Below, in pieces: positions 34,983-47,374 of a stretch of 64,000 nucleotides of DNA. The stretch comes from Diadema setosum (taxonomy: Eukaryota), in NCBI RefSeq assembly GCF_964275005.1, contig NC_092698.1, forward strand, positions 24,289,037 through 24,353,036, read 5' to 3'. The notes beneath the pieces are model-generated. The model had not been told where the DNA came from. It did not search any database and saw only the letters and a program-made list of their open reading frames with translations. The translations under genes were made by a program, and so were the position numbers. Within the stretch, counting starts at the first letter, position 1; each line of letters starts with the position of its first letter.

Positions 34983-35253
34983 ATTTTACCGAGGTTTTCC
35001 CGAGCGTGGTGCGCAACAATCGCTGCAATATTGACGAGGCCGTGGACTTCATAGAAAGAAGTTCGTCATCTGTGGGCGGCGGCGGATCGGAAGCGTGGCG
35101 CCCTCTTCGTTCCCTTTCGCTGCTGCCGCCGGCGAAGAACAGGACGCGTAACGTCTTCCTCGTGTCGGACGGTCATCTGACGAACGAGAAGCTCACGTTG
35201 CGCGTCGCCGCCGATCATCGACACGAGAACAGGATTTTCACGTTTGGCGTGAG
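34983..35253 (+). CDS. PARP4: vWA-domain exon encoding (D)FTEVFPSVVRNNRCNIDEAVDFIERSSSSVGGGGSEAWRPLRSLSLLPPAKNRTRNVFLVSDGHLTNEKLTLRVAADHRHENRIFTFGV(R/S).
   Basis: Matches PARP4 ...RYLSLLYPARGSRNILLVSDGHLQDESLTLQLVKRSRPHTRLFACGIG. Acceptor gtgaaag|at, donor gtgag|gtgaga. Anchored by the ORF 34943 frame. Confidence 0.8.
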
Positions 35254-35365
35254 GTGAGAATCCACCAAATACTTCATCTTGATTTCTATCATTCTCTTCT
35301 CCCTCCCCATCTTTCCAGTCGTTCACCCTGTTTTCTCTCTGTTTCACTTTCTTCCTCTGTTACAG

Positions 35366-35465
35366 TTCAACTGGGAATCGTCATCTGTTACGTGCCTTAG
35401 CAGACGTCAGTGGAGGGGCCTTTGACTTGTTTGAAGGGAAATTCAAGTCAAAATGGGAAGGCAAG
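35366..35465 (+). CDS. PARP4: vWA-domain exon encoding (S)STGNRHLLRALADVSGGAFDLFEGKFKSKWEGK.
   Basis: Matches PARP4 GSTANRHVLRILSQCGAGVFEYFNAKSKHSWRKQ. Acceptor ctgttacag|t, donor gcaag|gtatgg. Confidence 0.8.
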
Positions 35466-36290
35466 GTATGGCAAGAATTACTGCAAGCAACATGATTTTT
35501 TTGTTATTGTTTTTAACATGCTGGTTTCGAGACATACAAATAAAGACGCGTATAAGATCGAATTCTGTTTACCCTCCAGTAAATTGCAACATTTGCATAC
35601 GCATTGGTCTTTTTCCAAGGCCCTCTGGCTGCTGTTATCGCTGACTGTTGTGAGAGAAGAGTTAGATAACAAATGACATGTTGGCGATAGTATAACGACC
35701 ATCTGCTTGTATTCGACGACAGAGTATCAACGCATTCAACGCCCCCCCCCCCTTTTTTTTTGTCTATATAGTAACTTTGTCAAGACAACTAGACAACTGA
35801 TAGGGGGAGGAATGCATTACTGATCTCTGCGAATACGGTTTGGGATGCCCCATTCCGACCAGAAACATTCTGCTGATAAGGGATTGTGTCATTATAGGCC
35901 GACAATATCCATATACTAGCCGATTTGGATGTTTTGTTGCTCTGACTAACCTCTACCATGTCTACAGTCACATTATTGTCGCTCCATACAGAAGATGAAT
36001 TATTCTACTTGAGATTCTATGCAGTGGAAACATATCGTAATGCATTTGATAAGACACTGTACTATCAAAACAGTCTTGGTTCAAATCTCACAAAGTGTGA
36101 AATCTTTAAACAATACCTTTTTTGACAATTTCATTCATTTTAACCTTGGTGTGTCTGTCTCAAATTGAAAATTCATTTTAGTTCAAATAAGTTCAGTTCA
36201 AAGTGATTCAATGTTCTTACAAGGCTGTCCTGGATAAAGAATCTCATTATTGGAGGATGATTTTTGCTTTTGCTTCCGGGACCATGAAAG

Positions 36291-36503
36291 GTTGCTGCGC
36301 AGATACGTCGATGCCGACAACCGGCCGTCACCTCCGTTCAGACAAAATGGCGGATTTCGGAATCCGCCGGACAAGATGGCGGTGCAGGCGGGGCAGAGAA
36401 GGGTCAGCGAAAGGCAGAGCTGCTGCAGATACCAGCCCAGGTGTCGTCTGTTTTCACGGGGTCGAAGGTCATTCTTTTCTCGACAGGACCAAAAGCGGAG
36501 GAG
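36291..36503 (+). CDS. PARP4: Exon encoding VAAQIRRCRQPAVTSVQTKWRISESAGQDGGAGGAEKGQRKAELLQIPAQVSSVFTGSKVILFSTGPKAEE. This frame is absent from the ORF track because it has no ATG.
   Basis: Matches PARP4 QIEDQMTRLCSPSCHSVSVKWQQLNPDVPEALQAPAQVPSLFLNDRLLVYGF. Acceptor ccatgaaag|gtt, donor gaggag|gtgact. 71 codons, phase 0-0. Confidence 0.7.
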
Positions 36504-37645
36504 GTGACTATTATAACCATTGTGACGTCAGAGCATACCCTCTCATGGTTTTTCCCCTATGTTTTCGCTACTCTGTCTAGACAGGGAGGTGAGAGGTTCG
36601 CCTCCCTGGTATAGACGATGCCTGAACGGAGAATGTTTGGATATCCTTTGATGACTACAGCACTAAGACATTAGTGCCAGTACTGATGCTACCAAGCATA
36701 GATAAATTTATGAATCACCTAGTCAGGATAAAGTGTCTCAAAACTTTGATCCAGACTTGTAATCCTCTGCACCATCTCTACATGTAGTGTAGAGTTACTG
36801 ACTTCTAACAATGCGCAATCGGAGTTCTGGTTTGGACAGATACACTACTTTTAAAAGTAGTAAAAGTAAATTTTATGGATGACGACGTTTAACGCAGTTA
36901 TAATGTTTTTGTTTTGGGTTTGTTTGTTGTTGTGGTTTTTTTTTTTGCGTAAAGTCATTGCCCTCTTTCAACCTTGTTTCCCGTTCCTCCATCCCACAAA
37001 CTTCTATTCATGATAGCAGAGAATGCTCGGGAATCACGGAAATAATACATTTTGTATATTTATATGATAAAGGGTGAATACAGCAATCTGGATTTTCTCG
37101 AATATTCTTATTGTGTTCTTTTGAGTACTGTAATTTGTGATAATATTCAAATCGTCATCGCATTATCAATTTCAATATCCGGTAGGAATGGTTTAGTCAG
37201 ACCATGAGAATATATGTGTCAATACTTTGTTTTAATACTTAGGCTTAAGTCATTTGAATCAACAGAGAGCTATGTAAAAGTTCAGTATTTTATCTCCTAG
37301 GCCGATTAATGAGTGCTCTTTGTGTAGCTTTGGTGGTGTTTCCATTCGTAATCAAGAGAGTGCAACTATCACGACGTTGCAAACACCTAACATTGGGTAC
37401 AGCAGATAATGGGTATTGTACCAGCTGCGTTCGGTGTATCAGCTCGGGCATTTTTGCATCGTGATTTCCATTGTAAATGTAAAACACCATTGTGTCAGAC
37501 GCGATATAATTATAGACATTGACTGTAAACGTAATGTTATTTGCCTTTTTGAGCGTCAGTGGGTTTTCATAGGAGTTTTAAAGGGCATGATTGTGATCTG
37601 TCGTTGATGAAAGATTTGCCCTCTGATTTTCGGCAATCTCGACAG

Positions 37646-37726
37646 GTGAGCGTGTCAGCTGAAATGGACGGGAAAACCATTAGCGAAACCATAAGCTCGA
37701 CGTCTGCCGACCACGACGACAGTTTG
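37646..37726 (+). CDS. PARP4: Small exon encoding VSVSAEMDGKTISETISSTSADHDDSL.
   Basis: Acceptor ctcgacag|gtg, donor agtttg|gtaaga. Phase 0-0. Its length exactly fills the gap between the 36503 and 38389 exons when compared with PARP4 (...RTMVSTTELQKTTGT). Confidence 0.55.
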
Positions 37727-38388
37727 GTAAGAAACTGAGTGTAAATAACTGAATAATAAATACACGATTTTTTAATTCCTTCGCGAAATTGCTTACCTCT
37801 TGTCGCACAGGCTAGGTCAAGCCTTACTCATGACTAATCACACCTTTTCAATATACCAATTATATGTGCTATTAAAAAGAAATCGCGTACACTTTCCTGT
37901 TCACTTGTAAAGCAAATGCATTAATGATTATGAAACGCATTCAACCCCAACTACCGACTAGTTCCTATAAGCATTTCTTTTATGTAGCTCCACCATATTT
38001 TACAAAATTATTTTGGAATATATTGGAAGGGGATGGTAATAGATTTGAGTATTATAACACAACAATAATCTTATGTAATTCTCTTTTTTAACGGACCTAA
38101 GCTTTGGGATCGTTGTTTACTCAAAGATAACAATGTGTTGTCGATTCACCTCGACATCATTGTATTTAGTTTTGTAGCTATACACTTTTTTATGATTTGG
38201 ATTGTACGATGATGATTTGATATTGTTTGTCCAGTGATATGTATTGTATTTGGTTTTGTCGCGAGATGTGAAAAATAAATTCAATTCAATTGAATTTAAT
38301 TCGATTCAATGAGATGAGCATTGCTTTTTTATCAGTCTAAAAGTAAGCAGTCTGGCTGCGTATATCATTGTTTGTTTTATTAATTCAG

Positions 38389-38571
38389 ATGATACACCGC
38401 TTAGCAGCCCGAGCCCTGGTTCGCGAGTGGGAGATCGGATCCTTTGATCGCGATCACATGGCCCACGAGACACGCATGTATGATCTCAAGCCATTTCTGA
38501 CCGAGCTCAGTATCGCGCTATCGATAGTCACACCCTTTACCAGCTTTGTCGCGGTCGAGGAGCGAGACAGT
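38389..38571 (+). CDS. PARP4: Exon encoding MIHRLAARALVREWEIGSFDRDHMAHETRMYDLKPFLTELSIALSIVTPFTSFVAVEERDS.
   Basis: Matches PARP4 MIHKLAARALIRDYEDGILHENETSHEMKKQTLKSLIIKLSKENSLITQFTSFVAVEKRD. Acceptor taattcag|atg, donor agt|gtaagt. Confidence 0.85.
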
Positions 38572-39489
38572 GTAAGTTCAGCACCAGTCTAGACGAGTCG
38601 TATACAATATGTCTGAAAGTTGGAGAGATTATGAATACAGTTCTATTTTGATCTTTGAGAACATTTTGTCATGATTGAACGAAAACTTTCGTCTCTTTTT
38701 TTTGATATTTCATTGCTCGAAAATGACGTGAACAAAACAGACGATACAAGAGTCCTGTCATTTCATCAATTTCCAATAGTGCCAAATGGCAAAATACCAT
38801 TATTTCAATCGAAATAAGTTCTTTCGTAGATGAAGTAAAATAAAGTATCTATGTATGACAACTGTGGCAACCTAAACCTATAGACACATTTGGATCAAAA
38901 TGATACTTTTTCATGACTCTTTTTTTTTTTATTTAGGGATATTTTTATTGGATGCAAAAGACTGCAATTTGTCATCATCACTCACAAAAGGCTTCTTTTA
39001 TTAATGCAAGTACATTATGGATAGCTCTCCATTCGCCCCATTCTATCAGCAACTTGTTCTTTTGCACATGCAGTATAATGTCGATTAATCTTGTTCCTAT
39101 GCTACTTAAATATCAGTATATACCTTGAGTGTAGTGCAGCCGTATTGGCTGATTTTACATCGGACAAGAGCAAGGAAAGCTTCAGGAACAACCTTTGACA
39201 ATAAAGACCTGCATAAGAAATATTATATTGTTCATCAGCCTTCGGATGTGTCTATATAAAAAAGTGAAAATATAGTATTTTCTCACGAGCAAACTTAACA
39301 AAATGTGGGTGTTTTTTCTTTCTTAACTTTCTTCATTTTAAGTGCTGTACGTTATTCCGAAGGTTCGATAATCCACAATAAGGAAAAGGGATCTTTATTC
39401 TTAAGGTTGCTTACTTCGAAAAAAAAGGAAAAAATGAAAGGTGCGTGCAAATGAACCTTTGAAATAACGAACTTTATTTCGTTTATGAA

Positions 39490-39885
39490 TTAAAGGGATG
39501 GTACAGTATTGGTGGAGATGAGAATTGGGCTTTTAACTTTTTGCGAGATACCAAGAACACACTTATGATATAGTCCAGAGCATACCATTTTAAGAGGAAT
39601 TCAAAGTTTATTTGATGAAAATCGGGTTTGGAATGACTGAAACATCCAAAAACAAAGTAAAACAAACGATCGTAATAAAGTGTGGGTCCCACACTTCATT
39701 AGAATCGCTCTTTTTTGGATATCTCAGTCATTTCAAAACCAATTTTCATCAAATAAACATTGAATTCCTCATATAATTACATGCTCTTTCATATTTCATA
39801 AGGGGTTTCTCATTATCTCACCAAAAAAAAAAAAATGTCAGAAACCTGAACTTAGGTCTCAACCAAAACTATACGATCCCTTTAA
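39490..39885. mobile_element. Foldback MITE (A-variant), complete.
   Basis: Same TIRs and palindromic body as the copy at 34377. Confidence 0.7.
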
Positions 39886-39957
39886 CGAACCTTCGGAATA
39901 ACAAACTGTAACACATCCATTCACCTCGCTCAATGATTGTTATCACATGTCCTCCAG

Positions 39958-40065
39958 GACAAGCAGGAGCGAGGGGAACCCCCAAACGTTGCTGAGCTAA
40001 TACACATGATCAGCAGCGATGACCTAACGTCACTGTCCTGGAAGGAAGTGGCCGACGTACCATCG
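39958..40065 (+). CDS. PARP4: Exon encoding DKQERGEPPNVAELIHMISSDDLTSLSWKEVADVPS.
   Basis: Matches PARP4 ENESPFPDIPKVSELIAKEDVDFLPYMSWQGEPQEAV. Acceptor cctccag|gac, donor catcg|gtaagt. Confidence 0.6.
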
Positions 40066-41057
40066 GTAAGTGAGGGGGTAACCCCACATTTGCGACGAGG
40101 ACAAAAAGACGAAAAAATTGTAACTGATAGCAGTGATGGTACTGTTGACACTTGTTGACGATGAAGATTTTTGTCGGGGGGGGGGGGGGGGGCAAACCGG
40201 CGATGTTGCTGTTTGCAATGAAGCACTTACAGACTAATAATTGATGTTGCTGTTTGCAATGAAGCACTTACATTGTTACAGACTAATAACTAATGTTGCT
40301 GTTTGCAATGAAGCACTTACATTGTTACAGACTGATAACTGATGTGTTTCATGAAACTATATACTGCGTGTTCTCCTTTCTGGGAAATATTACATTGTTT
40401 GTATACAATGGAGAGAAGACCATAAGGGGAAAAATAATATTAAAAAGTTATGATGATGTTGATGCAGACACTATTGTGCTCTCAGTTGGCATATTGTAGA
40501 GGTTTTTACTTCTGTAACTTTTTTAGTGGAACATCTCATTTAGAAGAGAGTTTGCCGTATCACATTAATTGTCAGTATTGATTCTTTTTCAGTGCACATT
40601 GTAACGCCGTTTTTCTTGTGAAGATTCATGACAATGTGATGCATTTTCCTTTTTTTCCTCCACATTGTGCTACGCACGAACTCATATTTCCTTGAAAACC
40701 TACAATACCTACAAACTGTAGCTTTTCTTAGGTTTCCTTAACATTTTTTTTTTCTCTCTCTCAGCTCTGTGGCATCTGTAATATCAGCAAAATGGCCGTC
40801 GGCGTACAATCTTCGCTATATATTTTTGTTAGACATATTTTTGTACATGTTTTGTATTTAAGCATAATGTGTGTCGTTAATTTTTGAGAAATGTGAAATA
40901 ATCTAAACTGAAACAGAACTGAAACTTCGTGTAATCAAAGGTACAGTAAACTGGCGTTGGCAACAAATGCTTTTACACTACTAATGTATGCTTTGCACCC
41001 ACTTTGAATCGTCTGGAACTTTAAATGATATTTTGGGGATGGCTTTTCTCCGGACAG

Positions 41058-41207
41058 GAATCAACAGAGGGGATGATTGGCCGCCTGTTGAAACGCGCCA
41101 GGGCTGCGCAGTTTCATTTCTCCTATGCGTCTGCCGAGAAGTGCTATCATGGCGCCCTCAACGCCGCTCGAGACAACCTTCCCAACTTTCACCACTTGTT
41201 TCATACG
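41058..41207 (+). CDS. Candidate downstream exon encoding ESTEGMIGRLLKRARAAQFHFSYASAEKCYHGALNAARDNLPNFHHLFHT. Its gene assignment is unproven.
   Basis: A 50-codon open frame lying exactly between the acceptor ctccggacag|gaa and the donor catacg|gtaagc, phase 0-0, on the same strand. Confidence 0.35.
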
Positions 41208-42314
41208 GTAAGCAATCGTCTTGTTCTTGAGAGTCATCCGGGAAAGGCCAGGCATACCTCTTCTCTCTCCCTCCTTCCCTCCTTCCCTTCTCCTTCCAAC
41301 CATCTTTCTCTCATTTCACCTTTTCTCTCTGTCACTTAACACAAATAGATAAAGATTGGAAAAGAAATGAAATGGTGCAATCTTGAATTTGATTAATCAT
41401 TGTTTGGTTTGGTTTTATTTTTGCCTTTTTTCAAAATCACACATAACAAAAGAATACATATATTTAGAAATTAACATTACACGACTTTCCAAGAACTATA
41501 AGGAACTGGAATTCCCTGTCGTCAGAAATTGTTTCAGGGCCATCTGTGGGATCATTTCGAAACCGACTAACGGTTGATCACAGTGGCTAGTTGTTTTCTT
41601 CAAATTTTCTATGTGCTTGTAAATATCTGTAAATAAGCTGTATTATAATGCAAATAGCACAGTCTGCAAGAATCTTCAGCCTATTGAAGGAGGCAGACTT
41701 AATCAGAAGAAGAAGAAGAAGACTTGGGATTACATTTTTATCAGTATTAGCATTAAACCGTTAAGGTAGTTGTAGTCGTAGCATCTTTGTCATTGTTTTC
41801 ATCTTCCTCAAAATTACTGTCATCATTTTTTTTTTACATCGTTATCGCTACACTGGTGCCTCTAGGAGATCTGCTACTACTACAATTCGTCCTAATACCA
41901 CGTCATTATCATAATCAATATCAATACGCTTAATGAATTTGTATCTTATATTCTTGCTCAGTGGTAAATAGGATATGATATCTGGTAAAAGACAAACGCA
42001 ATATTTCTAACGAAATCCTACTCTGAATACCATGTCATGTTTTAAGGATATATCTTTACCTCTAGGCGTAGTGACCTGAGGTTTATAAATTACTTTTTGC
42101 AGGTAAATGTTTACTGTATCACCATCCCCTCCCCCTCTCTAAGAATTGTCAAACGCTAAAAAAACAAAAAACGAAAATCTGATATTTTGTGTTATCTACA
42201 CACATCTCCACTCTTGTCTTCCAACTAATTTTCCATTCATTCCGTACATGACGTCATTCGTTGCATTTTCATTGCCTCATGCTGCTGCAAATCTCCATTT
42301 CTGTCCGATACCAG

Positions 42315-42417
42315 TGCTGCCTGGCGATCTCAAAGTTCACGTTACAGGTCAAAGGTGACGCAGTACAGGCGATGGAGTGGCTCAGACCTGCTGTAGCCAC
42401 GCCCCCGGTTGTGAGCG
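42315..42417 (+). CDS. Candidate exon encoding CCLAISKFTLQVKGDAVQAMEWLRPAVATPPVVS(G).
   Basis: Acceptor gataccag|tgc and donor agcg|gtaaga. The frame is open. Confidence 0.3.
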
Positions 42418-43569
42418 GTAAGACACTTCATGTTGTATTGATGATAAAGTAGAGAATCATTTCCAGGGGCCAATGAGGCCACAGTACGCAAATGAAATCT
42501 CAGCAAATCATCACGTTGCTATAGTCGATATAACTTCGTTTGTGACAGGCATGCACAAACCCTCCCAGTCTCTTACAGAGATTGTAACGTAGGCTTACGA
42601 GGGGAATATGATGTATATTGTCGCAGTTGAGACTACCATTTAAGATTCCACATCACTTTTATTATCTAGGATACCCTTGAAGCAAACTCTCCCACACCTG
42701 TAGCAAAGCTCCAAGTGTCCAGTTTGACGTTCGTTTGATCCTTGGTGCATTCAATTTCATGTTCACGACATGGTTCAAGGCGGTGATCCAAAAGCCGGTG
42801 ATATGGCCTTCTTTCTCACATACTGACTTGATTACCTTTTTTCCTCTTTGAAGAATAAATTGTATTCTTTTTAGTGGATGTCTGCTGCCATCTACGCTAT
42901 CGCCCAAAGCGTCAAAGACTTGAATTTCTGTCTTACTCCAGTTCATACGTCCCTTCATTTCCTTGCTTTTCTCCTTTCAGGCGTTACAATATCACTTTTT
43001 TTTCTCCACAACTATCATCTGTTTCTCTTGACATGCTTCTGTCGGAGATCGCTGTCTCTGTTGTGCATTTTCGTTTGCTATTTTGTCTTCTGTTTGTTAG
43101 TCTTGTCCATTCCGTTTTGTCCCGTACAACCTCTTCTTCAGTAGTTGTTTCGTTGTCTAGTCTTTTTCTATGTTTGTTCGCGTCTATGAAAGTAAATGTA
43201 TCTTTTTCTGAATCTAATTCTCAGTGGGCTTCCAGACTTCTTCTTCTTTTTTTTTTTCCTTTTGTATTTATGATGCTTCAATTAATCTTCCCACTGATGT
43301 TATTTTTCCAGAGGGGCCCACATTCTACAAGCTCTGTCTTTTTAGTGGGTCTCTCCATTTTTCGCACTTTAAGCAAAGTTATACATGTACTTCATTTCGA
43401 TCACTTCTGTTTCTTTTTTTTACAACAATGTATAATTACTATAAGGTCCTCAATGTTGTACATTCTTTTCAATATATAATGTTCTGTTTACCTTATTCTC
43501 TGTTGTCAAAAGAAGTGTAACTTATGTTTTGTCGGAAAATGAAATAAACTTTGAATTGAATTGAATTAT

Positions 43570-43807
43570 GTCAGTGTATATCTCAGTCGGTAGGGCGTCT
43601 CCAGATCCAAAGGACACATGTTTAATACCCGGGTCTAATTGAGCAATGTTTTGTGTAATCATACCGCCCCCTCCAATAAAAGGCAAAACACTTTGTCCCT
43701 CCAATGGGACATAAAATAGAGGCCCCATGTGTGAGATAGTCACAACTCATGCGCATAGATTCCGCTTGATTCATTCATCGCAAAAACAAATAAACAAACA
43801 AACAAAA
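43570..43807 (+). mobile_element. tRNA-derived SINE-like element with A-box and B-box-like motifs. It carries the shared 3' module and a (CAAA)n tail.
   Basis: The head tatatctcagtcggtagggcgtctccag...atgtttaatacccgggtc resembles tRNA box A (TRGCTCAGTGGTAGAGC) and box B (GGTTCGANTCC). The 3' part matches the modules inside the TIR transposon copies. The tail reads aaacaaataaacaaacaaacaaaa. Confidence 0.5.
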
Positions 43808-43966
43808 CCCAGGGTAGGCCTACAGTAAGTGGCCCGCCTCACATCAATTCTATTCAAATGAGAATTTATTTTCAATAGCATATTTTTTGTTGATACAAGT
43901 TTAAGGGGGAAAATACAATGTATGCAACAATAGATGTAGATATACATGTACATGTGAAAATAATGT

Positions 43967-45430
43967 TCAAAATCTTTTTCTTCTCGAGTCACTACACAAG
44001 TCCTGTCCAGTGCAGAGCGCAGGATCTGGCTTTGGTGTTGAAAGTCTCCAGATCATTGACAGTGCATGGCTCTGGTAGGAGGGGGCAGACCAAAAGATGT
44101 TGCATTGTCTGATCCTGCCCGCAGTTGCAAGCAGTTTCTCCATCCCTATTGTAGCCCCATTTCTGCATGAGGACTTTGCATCGTCCTGTTCCTGCCATAG
44201 GCGATTCAGACATGACCAGGTGGGCCATGCCTCACTTGAACCCGGAGGGAGGGATTCACTTGGTCCATAGGAGAGCTTATGCGTCACAGACTGGAGGTGG
44301 TTGGACCATAGGGTAATCCTTCGACCGTGGGCGGTGCCATCAAGGGATTCGGTTGAATGGAGAAAACTGCGTCTGGATTTGAGTCTCTTTTTAGCAGGTT
44401 CACGATTGTAGAATGGGTGGCGAGGGTTAACTTCTTGCTTGGTTTTCTCCATCTGTGCTGGGACCTCTCGCCTGATGTGTGGTGGGGCAATACCACACAG
44501 TAAGTAAAGGTCATCTACTCTTGTTGGTCGCAGACATCCAGAGATAGCTCTGCAAGCTGCATTCAGGACTGGGTCGATCTTTGCAGCATGGGATGACCTA
44601 CACCAGACAGGGGCTGCATACTCGGCAGTGGAGAAGCATAGAGCAAGAGCTGTGGTGCGGATGGTTTTGGCATCTGTTCCCCATCTTGTATTAGCAAGCT
44701 TCTTCAATATGCTGTTCCTTGCTCCAGCTTTTGCCTTTGTCTTGGCAATGTGCTCCTTGTCAGTAAGGGAACGATCCAGTGTGACACCTAGATAGATCGG
44801 CTTATTGGTGTGTTTAAGCCATTTTCCATACCATCTGACCCTAAACAAGTTGTCGGTTAGCATCTCTGTTCTTAAGGTGGAAGACGCTAAGTTGAGTCTT
44901 CTCAGGATTTGCACGTAGGTGATTTGCGGCATAGTAAGGAGTTAGACCTGCCAGAGCATCACTGAGTGCTTTTTCCACCTCTTCAAAGGATTGCTTCTGT
45001 GAGGCAATGCAGAGATCATCAGCATACAGGTAGCTCCTTGTACTTGGATGGATTGGTTGGTCATTCGTGTAGACGTTGAAAAGAAGCGGGGCAAGGACGC
45101 TTCCTTGCGGGAGACCGTTTTTCTGTCTCCGCCATTTGCTGCGGGTACCATTCAGATTCACGTAGAACCGCCGGTTTGAAAGCAGGTTCTGGATCAACTG
45201 TGTCAGCTTGACATCCTTGGTCATCTCAAAGACTTTCCTTGTAAGAATCCTATAGTTCACTGTATCGTAGGCCGCAGAGAGGTCAACAAAAGCTGCTCCA
45301 GTTATCAGCCCTTCCTCAAACCCATCTTCGATGTACTGTGTGAGATTCAACAGTTGGCCAGTACAGGATTTTCCTGGCCTGAAGCCTGCCTGCTCGGGAA
45401 TGAGGAGCTCATCTACAAAGGGGGCGATTC
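43967..45430 (-). mobile_element. 5'-truncated, frameshifted non-LTR retrotransposon (LINE). It carries reverse transcriptase plus the C-terminal CCHC region and is a pseudogene.
   Basis: ORF 44841-45350(-) contains RT motifs GLPQGSVLAPLLFNVYTNDQP and YADDLCIAS. ORF 43967-44932(-) continues with ...RVRWYGKWLKHTNKPIYLGVTLDRSLT.... The C-terminal motif CNCGQDQTMQHLLVCPLLPEPC lies in a different frame (43992-44228), so the frame has shifted. Confidence 0.75.
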
Positions 45431-46188
45431 ATTCATCGCAAAATGTTCAAAATAATTGGGTTATTGGAAAACATCCAATTGGATCTCACGGTAGACCAGC
45501 TAGTGCAGCTGAACATTGGCTATTCAGCCATCTTCTCAGATGAAAAATGAAACCCCCAATTTAAACAATCAATGGCAATTGCAGCTTTTAACATAGTCAT
45601 TTGCCAAATCAATCTGTTGAATTAAATCAATCCAAGTAAAAAAAAAAAAAAAAATGTGCACTAATGAAATATGTCTATACATGTCTTGGCATATTGTTTT
45701 TCGAGTACATGATCCGCTTCTTTCAAGCTCCGCTTTTCAGAATAGATCACTCTTTTTTTCCCATCGCCGTATTTACTTTTGTCATCATTGCAAAGTATGC
45801 ATAATTTCTCTCATTATCTATCACATTCATTCGTACATGTACTTTGTATTGTACTTCTTACAAATCATTGTACGATATAATTTGCAAAATGTATACATTG
45901 TATTATTCCTTATCTTTAGATGGATGAGCATTAGGTAAATTATCAACCTGAAGTTAAATCATGTTTCAAATTAAATTTGATAAAATCAAATTAATGCAAT
46001 TAAATTAAATCCAAAGTTTTAGAAGCAACGTTTATCAATTCATATGTAGGCAGGTTTACAAGAGTAATGAATAAGCCCCTTGGGTGGATAATTCATAGTT
46101 GTTGTTGTTGTTGTTTTTCTATTATGATTTGTGTTTGATGGTATTACATCTCATGGACACGCATGAAAACTAGACGATGATGATTCTG

Positions 46189-46565
46189 AGGGACTGGAAA
46201 ACAGAACTAAGCAGTTTTCTAAAGTGTAAGTAAGCTTCAAAACCTCTTTTACATGCGTTCATATTAAGTACATTCAATGTCTAAAAGTCCTTTTCAATCG
46301 TCATCAGATGAGGGATTGGAAAACAGATCTAAGCAGTTTTCTAAAGTGTAAGTAAACTTCAAAACCTCTTTTAAATGCGTTCATATCAAGTACATTCAAA
46401 TGTTTAAAAGTCCTTTTCAATCGTCATCAGATGAGGGATTGGAAAACAGAACTAAGCAGTTTTCTAAGTGTAAGTAGACTTTAAAGCATTTTTATTTCAT
46501 TTTATTTAGTGCGTCCATGTAAAGTTCGTTCAAATGTTTAAAAGTCATTTTCAATCGCCATCTAA
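46189..46565. repeat. Minisatellite of about 3 copies of a 122-bp unit.
   Basis: gagggaCtggaaaacag(a/t)actaagcagttttctaaagtgtaagtaa(g/a)cttcaaaacctcttttaaatgcgttcatat(t/c)aagtacattcaa... starts at 46189, 46311 and 46433. Confidence 0.8.
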
Positions 46566-47012
46566 TTTCTGCTAAGGCCAATGAATGATTCAGTTCTGCT
46601 TCAATATTGTTGATAAAATAGTTGGAGACACACTACACTAACATGAAGTAAATGATAACCTTATCAGTTTATCTTTTCTTAGTGATCAAAGTTTGTTGGT
46701 TTCATGTTAGTGTTTACAGCTGGTTTACTTATTTTTAGAATGATAGAATTTCACAACTACAATGAAGAACTTTCACTGCGATTTGTGGAAAATGTACAAT
46801 GGCATTTTTGTTTTGTAAGCCTATAAATTAATTGTTTCTTGGCTCTGACTATCAGAATGAGAAAAAAACAGTCTCCTCATAGTATAATATAGTTAAATTT
46901 AAAAGTTATCAACTTGCGCAATTTTTTGCATCTCATTTTTCTATCGTATATTCTCTTACGCAATAATGTAATCACATGCTGTTGGTATTAATTTTTCAGA
47001 CTGTCTGACGTC

Positions 47013-47055
47013 ATGACGAAGGGTCAACCACAAGCTGTGCATCCAGGAAGTCCAG
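47013..47055 (+). CDS. Putative first coding exon of the SNARE-motif gene: MTKGQPQAVHPGSP(G/D).
   Basis: The ATG at 47013 is preceded by a ttttcag acceptor at 46999 and followed by a ccag|gtattg donor. The phase (1 leftover nt) matches the large exon. A palindromic CRE, TGACGTCA (47006-47013), overlaps the first base of the ATG. Confidence 0.3.
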
Positions 47056-47335
47056 GTATTGACCCCATTAGTGGATTGCCCAGCTTTGGAAAGGATCGTT
47101 TGTTTTCTTCAGATTTTAACGAAAAAAAAAATAACAGGCCTATGAATGTAGTATAATTGCAGAAAGGGCACATTTATATTGTTTGAGATAGGTTTCCTAA
47201 AACAGATATGGTATCAGTAATTTATTTCTAAAGGAAGTCATGGTATCATGTTAGATTATGTAATATATATTATATACATATATTTATCTATTTATATATA
47301 AGGTGAAGTGGGCTCGGCCTCGTATCAATATATAC

Positions 47336-47374
<39 letters not shown>

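Noticed and set aside
42874-43479. 201-aa plus-strand ORF (MDVCCHLRYRPKRQRLEF...) downstream of the last PARP4-like exon; possibly a terminal low-complexity exon.
   Set aside because: The sequence is extremely T-rich and pyrimidine-biased, with S/F/L-dominated codon usage. Stop codons are rare by composition alone, and there is no homology signal. More likely intron or 3' UTR.
45654-45938. 94-aa plus-strand ORF between the LINE and the minisatellite.
   Set aside because: AT-rich with isoleucine/tyrosine-biased composition. Typical of a chance ORF in AT-rich spacer.
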